From Squalus acanthias (taxonomy: Eukaryota), in the NCBI GenBank assembly GCA_030390025.1, contig CM059433.1:8124001-8188000 (forward strand): a DNA stretch of 64,000 nt, written 5' to 3'. A program made the translations under genes and the position numbers. The notes below the pieces were generated by a model. It had not been told where the DNA came from and did no database searches. It saw only the letters and a program-made list of their open reading frames with translations. Positions 12,311-23,999 of the stretch are shown here, piece after piece; the stretch's first letter is position 1; every line of letters starts with the position of its first letter.

Positions 12311-13714
12311 AGCCGATGGAGTATGATGTGGGAGTTTGACAACCAAGCTTTATAATGCGTTTTCTAACTCTACTAAGAAGGCAAAGGAATGCCAGGAATG
12401 TCTTGAATTCATGGAGGAAGAATACAGCGATCTCCTGCGGAGTATTCCAACGAGGTGGCTGTCACTTCTTCCAGCTATCGAGAGACTTTTTGAAATGCCG
12501 GAAAGGCACGAAAGTGCAATTAATTTGCCACAGGCAAGTTAATACCCACACGATGATACGGGACTTCAGCACTGACCAATGAGCACGTGCTGGCAAATGA
12601 CAAAGGCAAAATCTCTCCCTGAGTGCTATTTGTTCTTTGCGCACAGCTACGCGAACGTCTTTTCACAGAGCAACCAAAGTGAGTGTTTGACTGCGACACA
12701 ACTCAGGCCACAGACGTACGCGGAGCGATAGAAAGTCGGAGAGCCAATGTGGAGAACAGGCTGTGGGACAACTTCCCTGGTTTCAAAGTGAACCAACAAT
12801 TCGAAGAAGTTGCCTATCGCTCTTCGAACTGCATTTAAATCGGAAGCATCGAAGGTGTACGAGGGAAACATTGACTACTTGGAGAAATGGTTCCCCTTCA
12901 ATCCTGTAAAACACCTTACAATGCTTGAACCTCTTGAAAGCAGCGGAAAGCAACAATCAATATACCTGCAAAAGGAGTACACCCGCCACTACACATACTG
13001 CAGTTTAGGAGGCAAGAATGAGAACTCTATTATTTAACATTATTATTAAGTTACATATTTATCCTCACAACATTTATTAAGCAATGTTCTGTTATGCCTG
13101 TCCTTAGTTTGGCAAACCAAAGGGTTGCGACTCTAATCAGGGATTGGACACAGGCCTCCCAGTCACATTAGCAGATACACTTGCGATATATTTTGTAACT
13201 CGGCCAACACGGGGATTACACCAATCCCCACTAAAGTCCCCAAGGAAAAGGACACACACTGGGGCCACCTGAGGACAGACTTCTCCGCCCAGTTAGATAA
13301 TTGAATCACTTGTTCACCACACGTTATTGTGGTGTGAGACACAATGCTGGGTAGACCAAACGGTGGGACGCACGCAGAGTTGGATATTTTACTTCAATTT
13401 TCTCGTGCACTATGCGAACAGTTCAATACAATCCAAAACAGCCTGAATTTAACAATAGTAATGTATTTGTAAAGTAACCCAAAGTTTAGTTTGAAAAGAA
13501 TGATAACCTGAGAAACGGGACTCCCGTGAGGCAGAAGCAGAGGAGGGCTAGTTCTGGAGTGTCCAATACAGCTCATGGAGTCCACCATCATTTTATTAAT
13601 GACAATGTTTCCGAACAATTTCCAAGTTCTCTTCAGACAAGTTTCAACGGCGGCCTTCTGTTGTGCGCTGCCTCCTTCGACAAAAGCAGAAGCACGTATT
13701 GATTATCTGACAAC

Positions 13715-14419
13715 GGGCCGTATTTTGCGACCCCCCGCGGGTGCGTACGAGGTGCGCAAGTTCCGGGTTTAGGCGCGCGAAGCGCACGCGCTGAAACCCG
13801 ACACTTGCGATCCTCCGCATCCCCGGGGAAAGGGCCTCCGCGGGGGAAGAGTTGCGCTATTTGCCCAACTTCCGCCCGCTGAAAGGCCGCGGAATTCTTA
13901 CACCTGGTGAAAGCGGGCGTAAGGCCTGCGCTTACCACCATAAGAGTTTTAAAAAATAGAAAATAAAATGTTATCACTCACTTATACATTAAAAACCCTG
14001 TCTAATAAGGTAAGTTTATTTTTTAGCTCCGTATATAATTTTTTCAAAAAATTAAACTTTTGTTTAAAATATTTAATTAAATGCCATTTTAATTAATTTT
14101 ATTTATGAAATTAAAAAAAATTATTTCATGTGTTGGTGTATTTTTTAAGTGACCCCCATTCAAACTTATGGGGATTCTGTGCGTACGGAACTCCCATAAG
14201 TATGAATGGGGATTCCCTTCTTTCATTGGTTGGGCCAGCCCACGTGATTCCAGGGGCGCTTGCGAACCGCCTGGGATACCTGGGCCTCTGCGCATTTCTA
14301 CCAGGAGAGGCCCAGGATCACAAGCCTCCGTATCTCCCGGACCACCAGGTAAATGTGTAGAAAATTTGCTGATCGGAGGAATCCGCCCCGCGGGAAGCCT
14401 CGATCGCAAATCCAGCCCC
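13715..14419. mobile_element. Harbinger-type MITE family B
   Basis: Imperfect TIRs GGGCCGTATTTTGCGA / TCGCAAATCCAGCCC; flanks AAC/AAT; homologous to 27977-28727 (inverted) and 35874-36640. Confidence 0.8.
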
Positions 14420-14879
14420 AATGTGTGTGTGGAACCTGTTCACCCCGCCCCAATCCATAGGGATTGTGAACGAAGGCGTGCGCAACACGGGGGCTTATTC
14501 CGTGGGGTGTTCTCAACAGCTTGTCCTGGGCCCACTTGCGCTGAAGGAGAGGGTGCTGGGCAAGGGAGCTGGTGGAAGGCGCACAGTGTTGCCTCACGGA
14601 CACCCATGGGGAATGCCTCTCGGACACCCAAGCCAACAGTTTGAGAAACTTTACTGCCATTGCAGGGAAATAGCACTTTCATTCTCTACATCATGTCACG
14701 CTACAAAACGTGACTTGACATCGTTGTCTGTCTTTCCAGTTTTTAAAAAACAAACACAAAAAAACAAACCCAAAATACAAACCCAAAAAGGACGGGGAGA
14801 GAGGAAGGGATATGGAGAGAGATCTGCAGCAGACAGCAGGATTTGACACGTTGGACCCCCTGGGACACATGTCTTGGCT

Positions 14880-15075
14880 GTGCTCTTGGTGTGTCTTTGA
14901 TGTAAGGAAAGATTGTATCTCTGCATTTTCTGTGTTTATATTCTGTGAACTTTTGTAAATTCACTCATTGTAACTCTACCTGAAGAAGGGGCGATAGCTC
15001 CGAAAGCTTGTAATATTAAATAAATCTGTTGGACTATAACCTGGTGTTGTGCGACTTCTCATTTTTTCTCTACAT
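14880..15075 (+). mobile_element. Penelope-like element 3' end (family P1)
   Basis: aataaatctgttggactataacctggtgttgtgcgacttctc shared with copies at 21936, 54449 and 56515; left boundary uncertain. Confidence 0.75.
14977..15012 (+). ncRNA. Minimal type I hammerhead ribozyme motif
   Basis: TAC-CTGAAGA-A-GGGGC(GATA)GCTCC-GAA-AGCT-T-GTA: conserved core, stem I, stem II and palindromic stem III. Confidence 0.7.
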
Positions 15076-16178
15076 CCACTTTCTCCGCTGCCGTCATCGA
15101 AGCAGGGGGCTCTGCCTCTTCCCACCAGCGCTGACTGACCCGACAGGAAGCTTCCACGGGAAAGAACTGTGCACCCAATGCAGTAAAACGAAACAATGTG
15201 GCTTTCCACAATGCTTACGAAGAAAGCTAAGGTGCCTTTAAGCAGTTGCAGATCTTCAAGAGCTGTAGTAGCACAACAACCCCCTCCCCATCATGGGCGT
15301 GTGCCCGATCACAGGATTGCTGTCCCGGCTGGTACATTCACACTCTATGCATATCAATGAAACCCAGAAACAGGGTGAGTTCAGGTGCGTTTGGGTGCAG
15401 TGCGCTTCTGGTGCACAAAAGGTGACATAGGATATCCACCACCTTCTCCCGTCTCCTCTAAAAAAAAATTATAAATAGCACGCCAGTCCAACCAATTAAT
15501 TCAGGCTAACACTAATTGATTTACTTACAGATTGAGTCACACGCACACAGAAGCGGAAAGGCAGTGCAATGCTAAATAAAAATGCTAAATGGAATTGATC
15601 CACGAGGGGTTAAATATCCTTTCTTTGCTACTTATTCCTTACACAGCTTAATAGTCAGCAGTGCTTCTGGATGAAACAGTTTCACATAGACCTTCGCAAT
15701 GTGATCTTGTGCAGGGGTAACAAGATTCCCAGTCGACCCACACACTTTAGATTCTGCAGTCAGGATTAAAGACCTGAGCGATTTACATGGTGATTTATCT
15801 CGTGTGAATTCTTTCATGTTGCAGCCAGACGTTTGAAGTCAGCAAAAACTGGGAGGTGGGCTGTTCATGTCTAACTATAACCGTCTCCCTCCCAAACATT
15901 CCCTTGATGGTTGATTAATCAGAGAAATTAACTGTCTGTTCCGTGATCTTTCAAACCACAAATTTCAAACGGTCTGATGGTTTTTTGATACTATATCTAG
16001 CAGCAACTGAAATCGCATCCGTGTCTGGGTGATTGAAATGCAAACATCGTATAAATTATCTGTAGTCTATCAAATGACCCATCATTAGATTAACGGGAAG
16101 CAACGGATGACCGGGGCTTCGACCCAGACCCACTATCTGCTAGCTGCAGTTGGCAGCACAGATTCCAAGGAAACACTT

Positions 16179-17491
16179 GAGCCCCGATATTTACGGGAAG
16201 GGGGGAGGGAATGGGGGGGGGGGGTGCTGTTTTGCGTTCGGGAAACCCGGAACAACGGATTCGGCAGGACCCGATTAACATTTTTTGTCTCTGTTTCCTG
16301 GTCGCAGCCAAGCAGATTGAGAGGGGGGCAGGCAGGCCTGCAGCACCAGCGGAGAGGAGAGAGGGAGGGAGCGGAAAGTCCGGGGTGGGGAAGATCGAAG
16401 GCTGTGGGGGGGGGGGGGGGGGGGGGAGATCAGATGATGTGGCAGGGGAGATCGGAGACCGGTGTTGGGGGAGATCGGAGACCGGTGTTGGGGGAGATCG
16501 GAGTCCGGTGTCGGGGGAGATCGGAGTCCGGTGTTGGGGGAGATCGGAGTCCGGTGTCGGGGGAGATCGGAGTCCGGTGTCGGGGGAGATCGGAGGCTGA
16601 GGGGGGGGGGGGGAGATCGGAGGCCGGTGTTGGGGGAGATCAGAGGCTGAGGGGCGGGGGAGGGAGATCGGAGGCCGGTGTTGGGGGAGATCGGAGACTG
16701 AGGGGCAGGGGGGGGAGATCGGAGGCCAGTGTCGGGGGAGATCGGAGGCTGAGGGGGGTGGGGGGGGAGATCGGAGGCCGGTGTTGGGGGAGATCGGAGG
16801 CTGAGGGGCGGGGTGGGAGATCGGAGGCCAGTGTTGGGGGAGATCGGAGGCTGAGGGGGGGGGAGATCGGAGGCTGGTGTCGGGGGAGATCGGAGGCTGA
16901 GGGGGGGGGAGATCGATGCCCGTGTTAGGGGAGATCGGAGGCTGAGGGGGGAATCGGAGGCTGATGTTGGGGGAGATCGGAGGCCGGTGTGGGGGTGGGG
17001 GGGAAGATCAGAGGGGTTCGTGGGGCGAGATCGGAAGGGTCAGGGGAAGATTGGAGGCCACAGCCGTGGAGCGTAGAAGAGGGAGGGAGGGATCGGAAAG
17101 ACCTGGGGGAGGGCAGGGTGGTGGGGGGTAGATTGGAAAGGCCGGGTCAGTGGGAGATCATGGCTCGGGGGAGGGGGTGGTGGAGATCGGATCGTGGGGG
17201 GGGGGTGGGGAGAAGCAGGTTAGCTTGGTGGGCTGGGGGGAAGCACTCCTGCGGAAGTACTCCTGCTCCTTCTGGCCCACAAGCAGTGCTGGAAAGGCAC
17301 TTACCTCTTCCACGCTGCAGTCCTCACTTCCCTTTAGCTTTAAATGAGTGACCCACCTGCTGTGAGCTGATTGGTCGCCCACCTCCTGTCCCGCCTCCAT
17401 TAAAACAGGGAGTGGGCGATTGGGTTCGAGTTTGAGATTTTAAAACTTTTTTCCCAAACTCACCCGTTTTTTGGGGGGGTTAAATCTCCCA
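16179..17491. mobile_element. Harbinger-type MITE with internal G-rich minisatellite
   Basis: Starts gagccccgatatttacggg like other MITE ends; right end degenerate. Confidence 0.55.
16425..17030. repeat. G-rich ~23-bp minisatellite (CCGGTGTYGGGGGAGATCGGAGN)n
   Basis: Period 23 seen at 16458/16481; later alternates with GGCTGAGGGG units. Confidence 0.9.
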
Positions 17492-17879
17492 CGGTGGACT
17501 CCATTTTTAATTCTTTCGTATTATGAGGCACTGAGGCCGGCTGTGGCACTGTTCCACATAGCACGGTATAATGCAGTGGTGACATGCCTGTGGCACATGA
17601 GTACCTTGCCCAGGTGGCCATTATTGATGTGCGAGTCACGTTAGCGGGTGACATGAATCTTGTATGAAGTAATACTGGGCGGCCTGCTGGTGGCGCTGTC
17701 CAGGGAGAGTATAAATACTTGGGCATGGGCCCAGCGTCCTTAGGACATTCCTCAACAGGAACTAGTGACGGACACAACTAGATCTCCATGTTGGAAAACA
17801 GTTGATTAAAGCTTTGTTTAATGCTTTGACCAAGTGTCTAGTAGTTTTCTTACGTCAGCGAGTGTCATTAGATTATTTG

Positions 17880-19150
17880 ACCAGAGACTTTTTTGACGAG
17901 GTAACAGAGAGGGTGGATGAGGGCAGTGCAGTGGATGTTGTGTATATGGACTTTCAAAAGGCGTTTGATAAAGTACCACATACTAGGCTTGTTAGCAAAA
18001 TTGAAGCCCAGGGGATAAAAAGAGGCAATAGCAGCATGGATACAAAATTGGCTAAGGGATGAAAAACAGAGAGTTGTGGTGAATGGCTGTTTTGCGGACT
18101 GGAGGGAGGTATACAGCGCCGTTCCCCAAGGTTCAGTACTAGGACCACTGCTGTTTTTGATATACATTAATGACTTCGACTTGGGTACAATTTTGAAATT
18201 TGCAGATGACCCGAAACTTGGAAGTGTAGTAAACAGTGAGGAAGATCGTGATAGACTTCAAGAGGGCATAGACAGGCTGGTGGAATGGGCGGACACATGG
18301 CAGATGACATTCAACGCAGGCAAGTGTGAGGTGATACATTTTGGTAGGAAGAATGAGGAGAGACAATACATGCTAAATGGTACAATTTAGCTTATATTGT
18401 TTGTGCACAAATCTTTGAAGGTGGCAGGACAGGTTAACAAAGCAGTTAATAAAGCATATGGGATCCTGGGCTTTATAAACAGAGGCAGAGAGTACAAAAG
18501 CCAGGAATTATGCTAAACCGGTATAAAACACTGGTTCGGCCCCAGCTGGAGAATTGTGTCCCATTCTGGGCATCACACTTTATGAAGGATGTGAAGGCCT
18601 TAGAGAGGGAGCAGAAGAGATTCACGAGAATGGTTCCAGGGATGAGGGATTACAGTTATGTGGATAGACTGGAGAAGCTGGGCTTGTTTTCCTTAGAGCA
18701 GAGAAGGCTAAGAGGACATTTGATAGAGAGGTTTCAAATCAAATGAAGGGTTTAGATCATAGAATGGTTACAGCACGGAAGAAAGCCATTCGGCCCGTCG
18801 AGCCCGTGCCGATAGAGTAAATAAGGAGAAACTGTTTCCAGTGGCCTGAAGGGTCGATAACCAGAGGGCACAGATTTAAGGTGATCGGCAAAAGAACCAG
18901 AGGCGACATGAGGAAAACATTTTATGCAACGAGTGGTTAGGATTTGGAATGCGCTGCCTGATAGGGCGGTGGATGCAGATTCAATAAGAGCCTTCAAAAG
19001 GGAATTAGATAAATACTTGAAGGAGAAAGAATTGCAGGGATATGGGGAAAGATGGGGGAGTGGGACTGACTGGATTGCTCTTCGAAAGAGCCAGTGCAGA
19101 CTCGATGGGCCGAATGGCCTCCTTCTGTGCTGTACTATTCTATGATTCTA
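17880..19150 (+). mobile_element. CR1 RT 3' fragment with a ~55-bp antisense CR1 tail inserted at ~18757-18810
   Basis: [23 protein letters not shown] and FADD motifs across frameshifted ORFs. Confidence 0.92.
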
Positions 19151-19217
19151 AGAGAGGGCATCACAGTCGAACATGATCCTTCTCCCATCCAAAGTCCACA
19201 CACATGACGGGAACGGT

Positions 19218-19291
19218 AGCACAGTGGTTATGTTACTGGACCAGTAATCCAGAGGCCTGGACTAATGATCTGGAGACGTGAGTTCAAATAC
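19218..19291 (+). promoter_or_regulatory. tRNA-derived internal Pol III promoter (A box and B box)
   Basis: TAGCACAGTGG (19218-19228); anticodon-like arm CTGGA-CCAGTAA-TCCAG (19236-19252); GAGTTCAAAT near 19280-19289. Confidence 0.7.
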
Positions 19292-20080
19292 CCACCACGG
19301 CAGCTGGGAATTTAAATTCAGTTAATTAAATAAATCAGGAATAAAAAGCTAGTATCAGTAATGGTGACCATAAAACTATCGGATTGTTGTAAAAACCCAT
19401 CTGGTTTACTAATGTCCTTTAGGGAAGGAAATCTGTCATCTTTACCTGGTCTTGCTGATATGTGACTCCAGGCCCACAGCAATGTGGCTGACTCTTAACT
19501 GCCCTCTGAAATAGCCTAGCAAGCCACTCAGTTGTAAAAAACCGCTCCAGAAAACAATAAGAATAAAACCGGACAGATGCCTCGGCATTGGCTACGGACA
19601 CGACAACGGCACACCCAGCCCAGTTGAACCTGCAAAGTCCTCCTCACCAACATCTGGGGACTTGTGCCAAAATTGGGAGAGCTGTCCCACAGACTGGTCA
19701 AGCAACAGCCTGACATAGTCATACTCACAGAATCATACCTTTCATGTCCCAAACTCCTCCATCACCATCCCTGGGTATGTCCTGTCCCACTGGCAGGACA
19801 GACCCACCAGGGGTGGCAGCACAGTGGTATACAGTTGCGAATGAGTGGCCCTGGGAGTCCACGACATTGTCTCATGGCTTCAGGTCAAGCATGGGCAAGG
19901 AAACCTCCTGCTGATTACTGCCCTCCCTCAGCTGATGAATCATTACTTCTCCATGTTGAGCACCACTTGGAAGAAGCACTGAGAGTAGCAAGGGCACAGA
20001 ATGTAGTCTGGGCGGGGGACTTCAATGTTCATCACCAAGAGTGGCTCGGTAGCACCACTACTGACCGAGTCGTGAAGGAC

Positions 20081-20964
20081 CCTGATACAAAGCTGGGTGG
20101 AAATGTACGTTGTAAGGAGGCTTCAAGGGGATGTAGACAGGCTAAGTGAGTGGGCAAGAACATGGAATGAAATGTGAAGTTATCCACTTTGGTAGGAAAA
20201 ATAGAAAAGCAGAGTATTTTTTAAATGGTGAGAGATTGGGAAATGTTGGTGTTCAGAGGGACCTGGGTGTCCTTGTACACGAATCACTGAAAGTTAACAT
20301 GCAGGTACAGGAAGCAAATGGTATGTTGGCCTTTATTACAAGAGGATTTGAGTATAAGAGTAAAGATGTCTTACTGCAATTATATAGGGCCCTGGTGAGA
20401 CCACACCTGGAGTATTGTGTCCAGTTTTGGTCTCCTTACCTAAGGAAGGATATACTTGCCATAGAGGGAGTGCAACGAAGATTCACCAGACTGGTTCCTG
20501 GGATGGGGGAATTGTCCTATGAGGAGAGATTGAGTAGATTAGGCCAATTATCTCTAGAGTTTAGAAGAATGAGAGGTGATCTCATTGAAACATGCAAAAT
20601 TCTTACAGGGCTTGACAGGGTAGATGCAGGGAGGATGTTTCCCCTGGCTGGGGAGTCTAGAACCAGGGGTCACAGTTTCAGAATGAGGGGTCGGCCATTT
20701 AGGACTGAGATGAGGAGAAATTTCTTCACTCAGAGGGTGATGAATCTTTGGAATTCTCTACCCCAGAGGGATGTGGAGGCTCAGTCGTTGAATATATTCA
20801 AGACAGAGAGCGATAGATTTTTGAATATTAAGGGAATCAAGGGAAATGGGGATAGTGCAGGAAAGTGGAGATGAGGTAGAAGATCAGCCATGATCTTATT
20901 CATTGGTGAAGCAGGCTTGAAGGGCCAAATGGCCTACTCCTGCTCCTATTTCTTATGTTCTTAT
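20081..20964 (+). mobile_element. CR1 3' fragment nested in the APE domain of the tRNA-headed LINE
   Basis: ORF 20146-20874; host frame ..VVKD / DIAASLGL resumes after the tail. Confidence 0.93.
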
Positions 20965-21935
20965 GACATAGCTGCCAGTCTGGGCCTGCGACAGGTGGTG
21001 AGAGAACCAAAACGAGGGAAAAACCTACTTGACCTCATCCTCACCAATCTACCTGTCGCAGATGCCTCTGTCCATGACAGCATTGGTAGCAGTGATCACC
21101 GCACAGTCATTGTGGCGACGAATTCCTGTCTTCACGCTGAGGACACCCTCCATCGTGTTGTGTGGCACTACCACTGTGCTAAATTTGATAGATTCACAAC
21201 AGATCTAGCAGCTCAAAACTGGGCATCCATGAGGCGCTGTGGGCCATCAGCAGCAGCAGAATTGTATTCCACTACAATCTGTAACCTCATGGCCCGGTAT
21301 ATCCCTCACTCTACCATTACCATCAAGCCAGGGGACCAATCCTGGCTCAATAAGGAGTGTAGAAGAGCATGCCAGGAGCAGCACCAGGCGTACCTAAAAA
21401 TGCGGTGCCAACCTGGGGAAGCTGCAACACAGGATTACATGCATGCTAAAAAGCGGAAGCAGCATGCTATAGGCAGAGCTAAGCGATCCCACAATCAATG
21501 GACCAGTTCAAAGTTCTGCAGTCCTGCCACATCCAGTCGTGAATGGTGGTGGACCATTAAACAACTAACAGGAGGAGGAGGCTCCATGAATATCCCCATC
21601 CTCAATAATGGTGGAATCCAGCACGTGAGTGCAAAAGACAAAGCTGAAGCATTTGCAACCATCTTCAGCCAGAAGTGCCGAGTGGATGGTTCATATTGGC
21701 CTCCTCCTGAGGTCCCCACCACCACAGAAGCCAGTCTTCAGCCAGTCCACGTGATATCAAGAAACGGCTGAGCGCACTGGAGGTACAGCAAAGGCTATGG
21801 ACCCCGACAACATCCCGGCTGTCATGCTGAAGACTTGTACTCCATAACTAGCCGCGCCTCTAGCCAAGCTGTTCCAGTACAGCTATAACACTGGCATCTA
21901 TCCGACAATGTGGAAAACTGCCCAGGTATGTCCTG

Positions 21936-22081
21936 AAGTCGCACAACACCAGGTTATCGTCAGGTGAAGGAGCAGCGCTCCGAAAGCTTGTGATTTCAAA
22001 TAAAGCTGTTGGACTATAACCTGATGTTGTGCGACTTCTCACATTTGTCCACCCCAGTCCAACACCGGCATCTCCACATCA
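21936..22081 (+). mobile_element. Short PLE (P1) insertion with inverted 5' piece
   Basis: 13-bp TSD CAGGTATGTCCTG (21923-21935, 22082-22094). Confidence 0.88.
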
Positions 22082-23999
22082 CAGGTATGTCCTGTCCACA
22101 AAAAGCAGGACAAATCCAATCCAGCCAATTACCACCCCATCAGTCTACTCTCAATCATCAGCAAAGTGATGGAAGGTGTCATCGACAGTGCTATCAAGTG
22201 GCACTTACTCACCAATAACCTGCTCACTGATGCCCAGTTTGGGTTCCGCCAAGACCACTCGGCTCCAGACAGCATCCAAACATGGAAAAAAGAGCTGAAT
22301 TCCAGAGGTGAGGTGAGAATGATTGCCCTTGACATCAAGGCAGCATTTAACCGAGTGCAGCATCAAGGAGCCCTAGTAAAACTGAAGTCAATGGGAATCG
22401 GGGGGAAAACTCTCCACTGACTGGAGTCATAGCTAGCACAAAGGAAGATGGTTGTGGTGGTTGGAGGTCAATCATCACAGCCCCAGGACATCGCTGCAGG
22501 AGTTCCTCAGGGCAGTGTCCTAGGCCTAACCATCTTCAGCTGCTTCATCAATGACCTTCCCTCCATCATAAGGTCAGAAGTGGGGATGTTCGCTGATGAC
22601 TGCACAGTGTTCAGTGCCATTTGCAACTCTTCAGATAATGAAGCAGTCCATGCCCGCATGCAACAAGACCTGGATGACATTCAGGTTTGGGCTGATAAGT
22701 GGCAAGTAACATTCATGCCATACAAGTGCCAGGCAATGTCTATCTCCAACAAAAAAGCATCTAACCACCGTACCTTGACATTCAATGGCATTACCATTGC
22801 CAAATCCCCCACCATCGATATCCTGGGGGGTCACCATTGACCAGAAACTTAATTGGACCAGCCACATAAATACTGTGGCAACAAGAGCAGGTCAGAGGCT
22901 GAGTATTCTGCGACGAGTGTCTCACCTCCTGACTCCCCAAAGCCTTTCCACCATCTACAAGACACAAGTAGGGAGTGTGATGGAATACTCTCCACTTGCC
23001 TGGATGAATGCAGCTCCAACAACACTCAAGAAGCAGCCCGCATGATCGGCACCCCATCCACCGCCTTAAATATTCACTCCCTCCACCACCGGTGTACCGT
23101 GGCTGCAGTGTGTACCATCTACAAGATGCACTGCAGCAACTCGCCAAGGCTTCTTCGACAGCACCTCCCAAACCCGCGACCTCTTCCACCTAGAAGGACA
23201 AGGGCAGCAGGCGCATGGGAACACCACCCCCTCCAAGTTCCCCTCCAAGTCACACACCACCCTGGCTTGGAAGTATATCGGCCTGTTCCTTCATCGTCGC
23301 TGGGTCAAAATCCTGGAACTCCCTACCTAACAGCACTGTGGGAGCACCTTCACCACACGGACTGCAGCGGTTCAAGAAGGCGGCTCACCATCACCTTCTC
23401 AAGGGCAATTAGGGATGTGCAATAAATGCTGGCCTTGCCAGCGACGTCCACATCCCATAAACGAATAAAAAAAACATGAAAACTATTTGATTAGGTGGTT
23501 CATGTGGAGAAAAACACCAGCGAAGAATTGATTCTGAACAGTCTGCTTCTGTGCTGTAACACCCTATGATTCTGTGAGAAGGATTACTCCATAGCAATCA
23601 GGAGTAGGAGCCCGGGTCAAATTTCTCCTCCTTGTCAATGTGTCATGGGGACACCTTGCCTGAAGGACATGTGGGGTGGTGATGCCCCAGGCAAATCCCG
23701 TCCTTTTCCTGGCCTGGGGGTGGGGGGGGGGGGGTGTTGGGGGGTGGGGGCGGTGGTCGGTGGGTAAGGCTTCCAAGACCTGAACACATTGTTGGCACAG
23801 TAATGGAATTCCAAGTATAACTTGGGCATCAACTCAAATGCAGCTGGCAGCAGCAAGCTCTGTGATTCTTTCAGATAACAGCAGATCCATCTGCTGCAGA
23901 GCTAGAGACGGGACCGGTTCTCTTCAGCCCGTCCACTGTTCATCTCGTCGAGGGCGACAAATAGGCTTTCCTAAAAGCAGCTGCACGTGATCGGCACGA

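Larger units (their letters stand above)
8200..13135 (+). pseudogene. Fossil hAT transposase split into pieces (~8280-8490, 9195-9345, 11420-11781, 12311-12500, 12650-12920) by younger insertions
   Basis: Collinear decayed peptides: FQTE..SEPKFKEWI (N-terminus), FFLATDTSN..PLVPQYF..GLLDCY (first catalytic D region), LLRSIPTRWLSLLPAIERL (hAT TRW motif), IDYLEKWF; possible right TIR ggttgcgactcta ending 13135. Confidence 0.6.
19208..23473 (+). mobile_element. Near full-length single-ORF LINE (APE+RT, CR1/L2-related) with tRNA-derived 5' head and A-tail
   Basis: A/B boxes at the 5' end; APE motifs NIWGL, LTES, GDFN, LDL, SDH; RT motifs QFGFR, LDIKAAF, PQGSVLG, MFADD; stop at 23410-23412; 3' stem-loop GGGATGTG..GCTGGC/GCCAGC..CACATCCC; ACATGA at 19202-19207 and 23474-23479. 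Confidence 0.9.

Noticed and set aside
17676..17717. GC box, CTCF/REST-like motif and TATAAATA as a promoter
   Set aside because: Partial motif matches only, with no downstream gene evidence
19208..19300. Functional tRNA gene
   Set aside because: Imperfect acceptor and T stems, extra duplicated arm and no terminator; it is a retroelement head (the same applies to the SINE heads at ~32720-32794 and 63786-63855)
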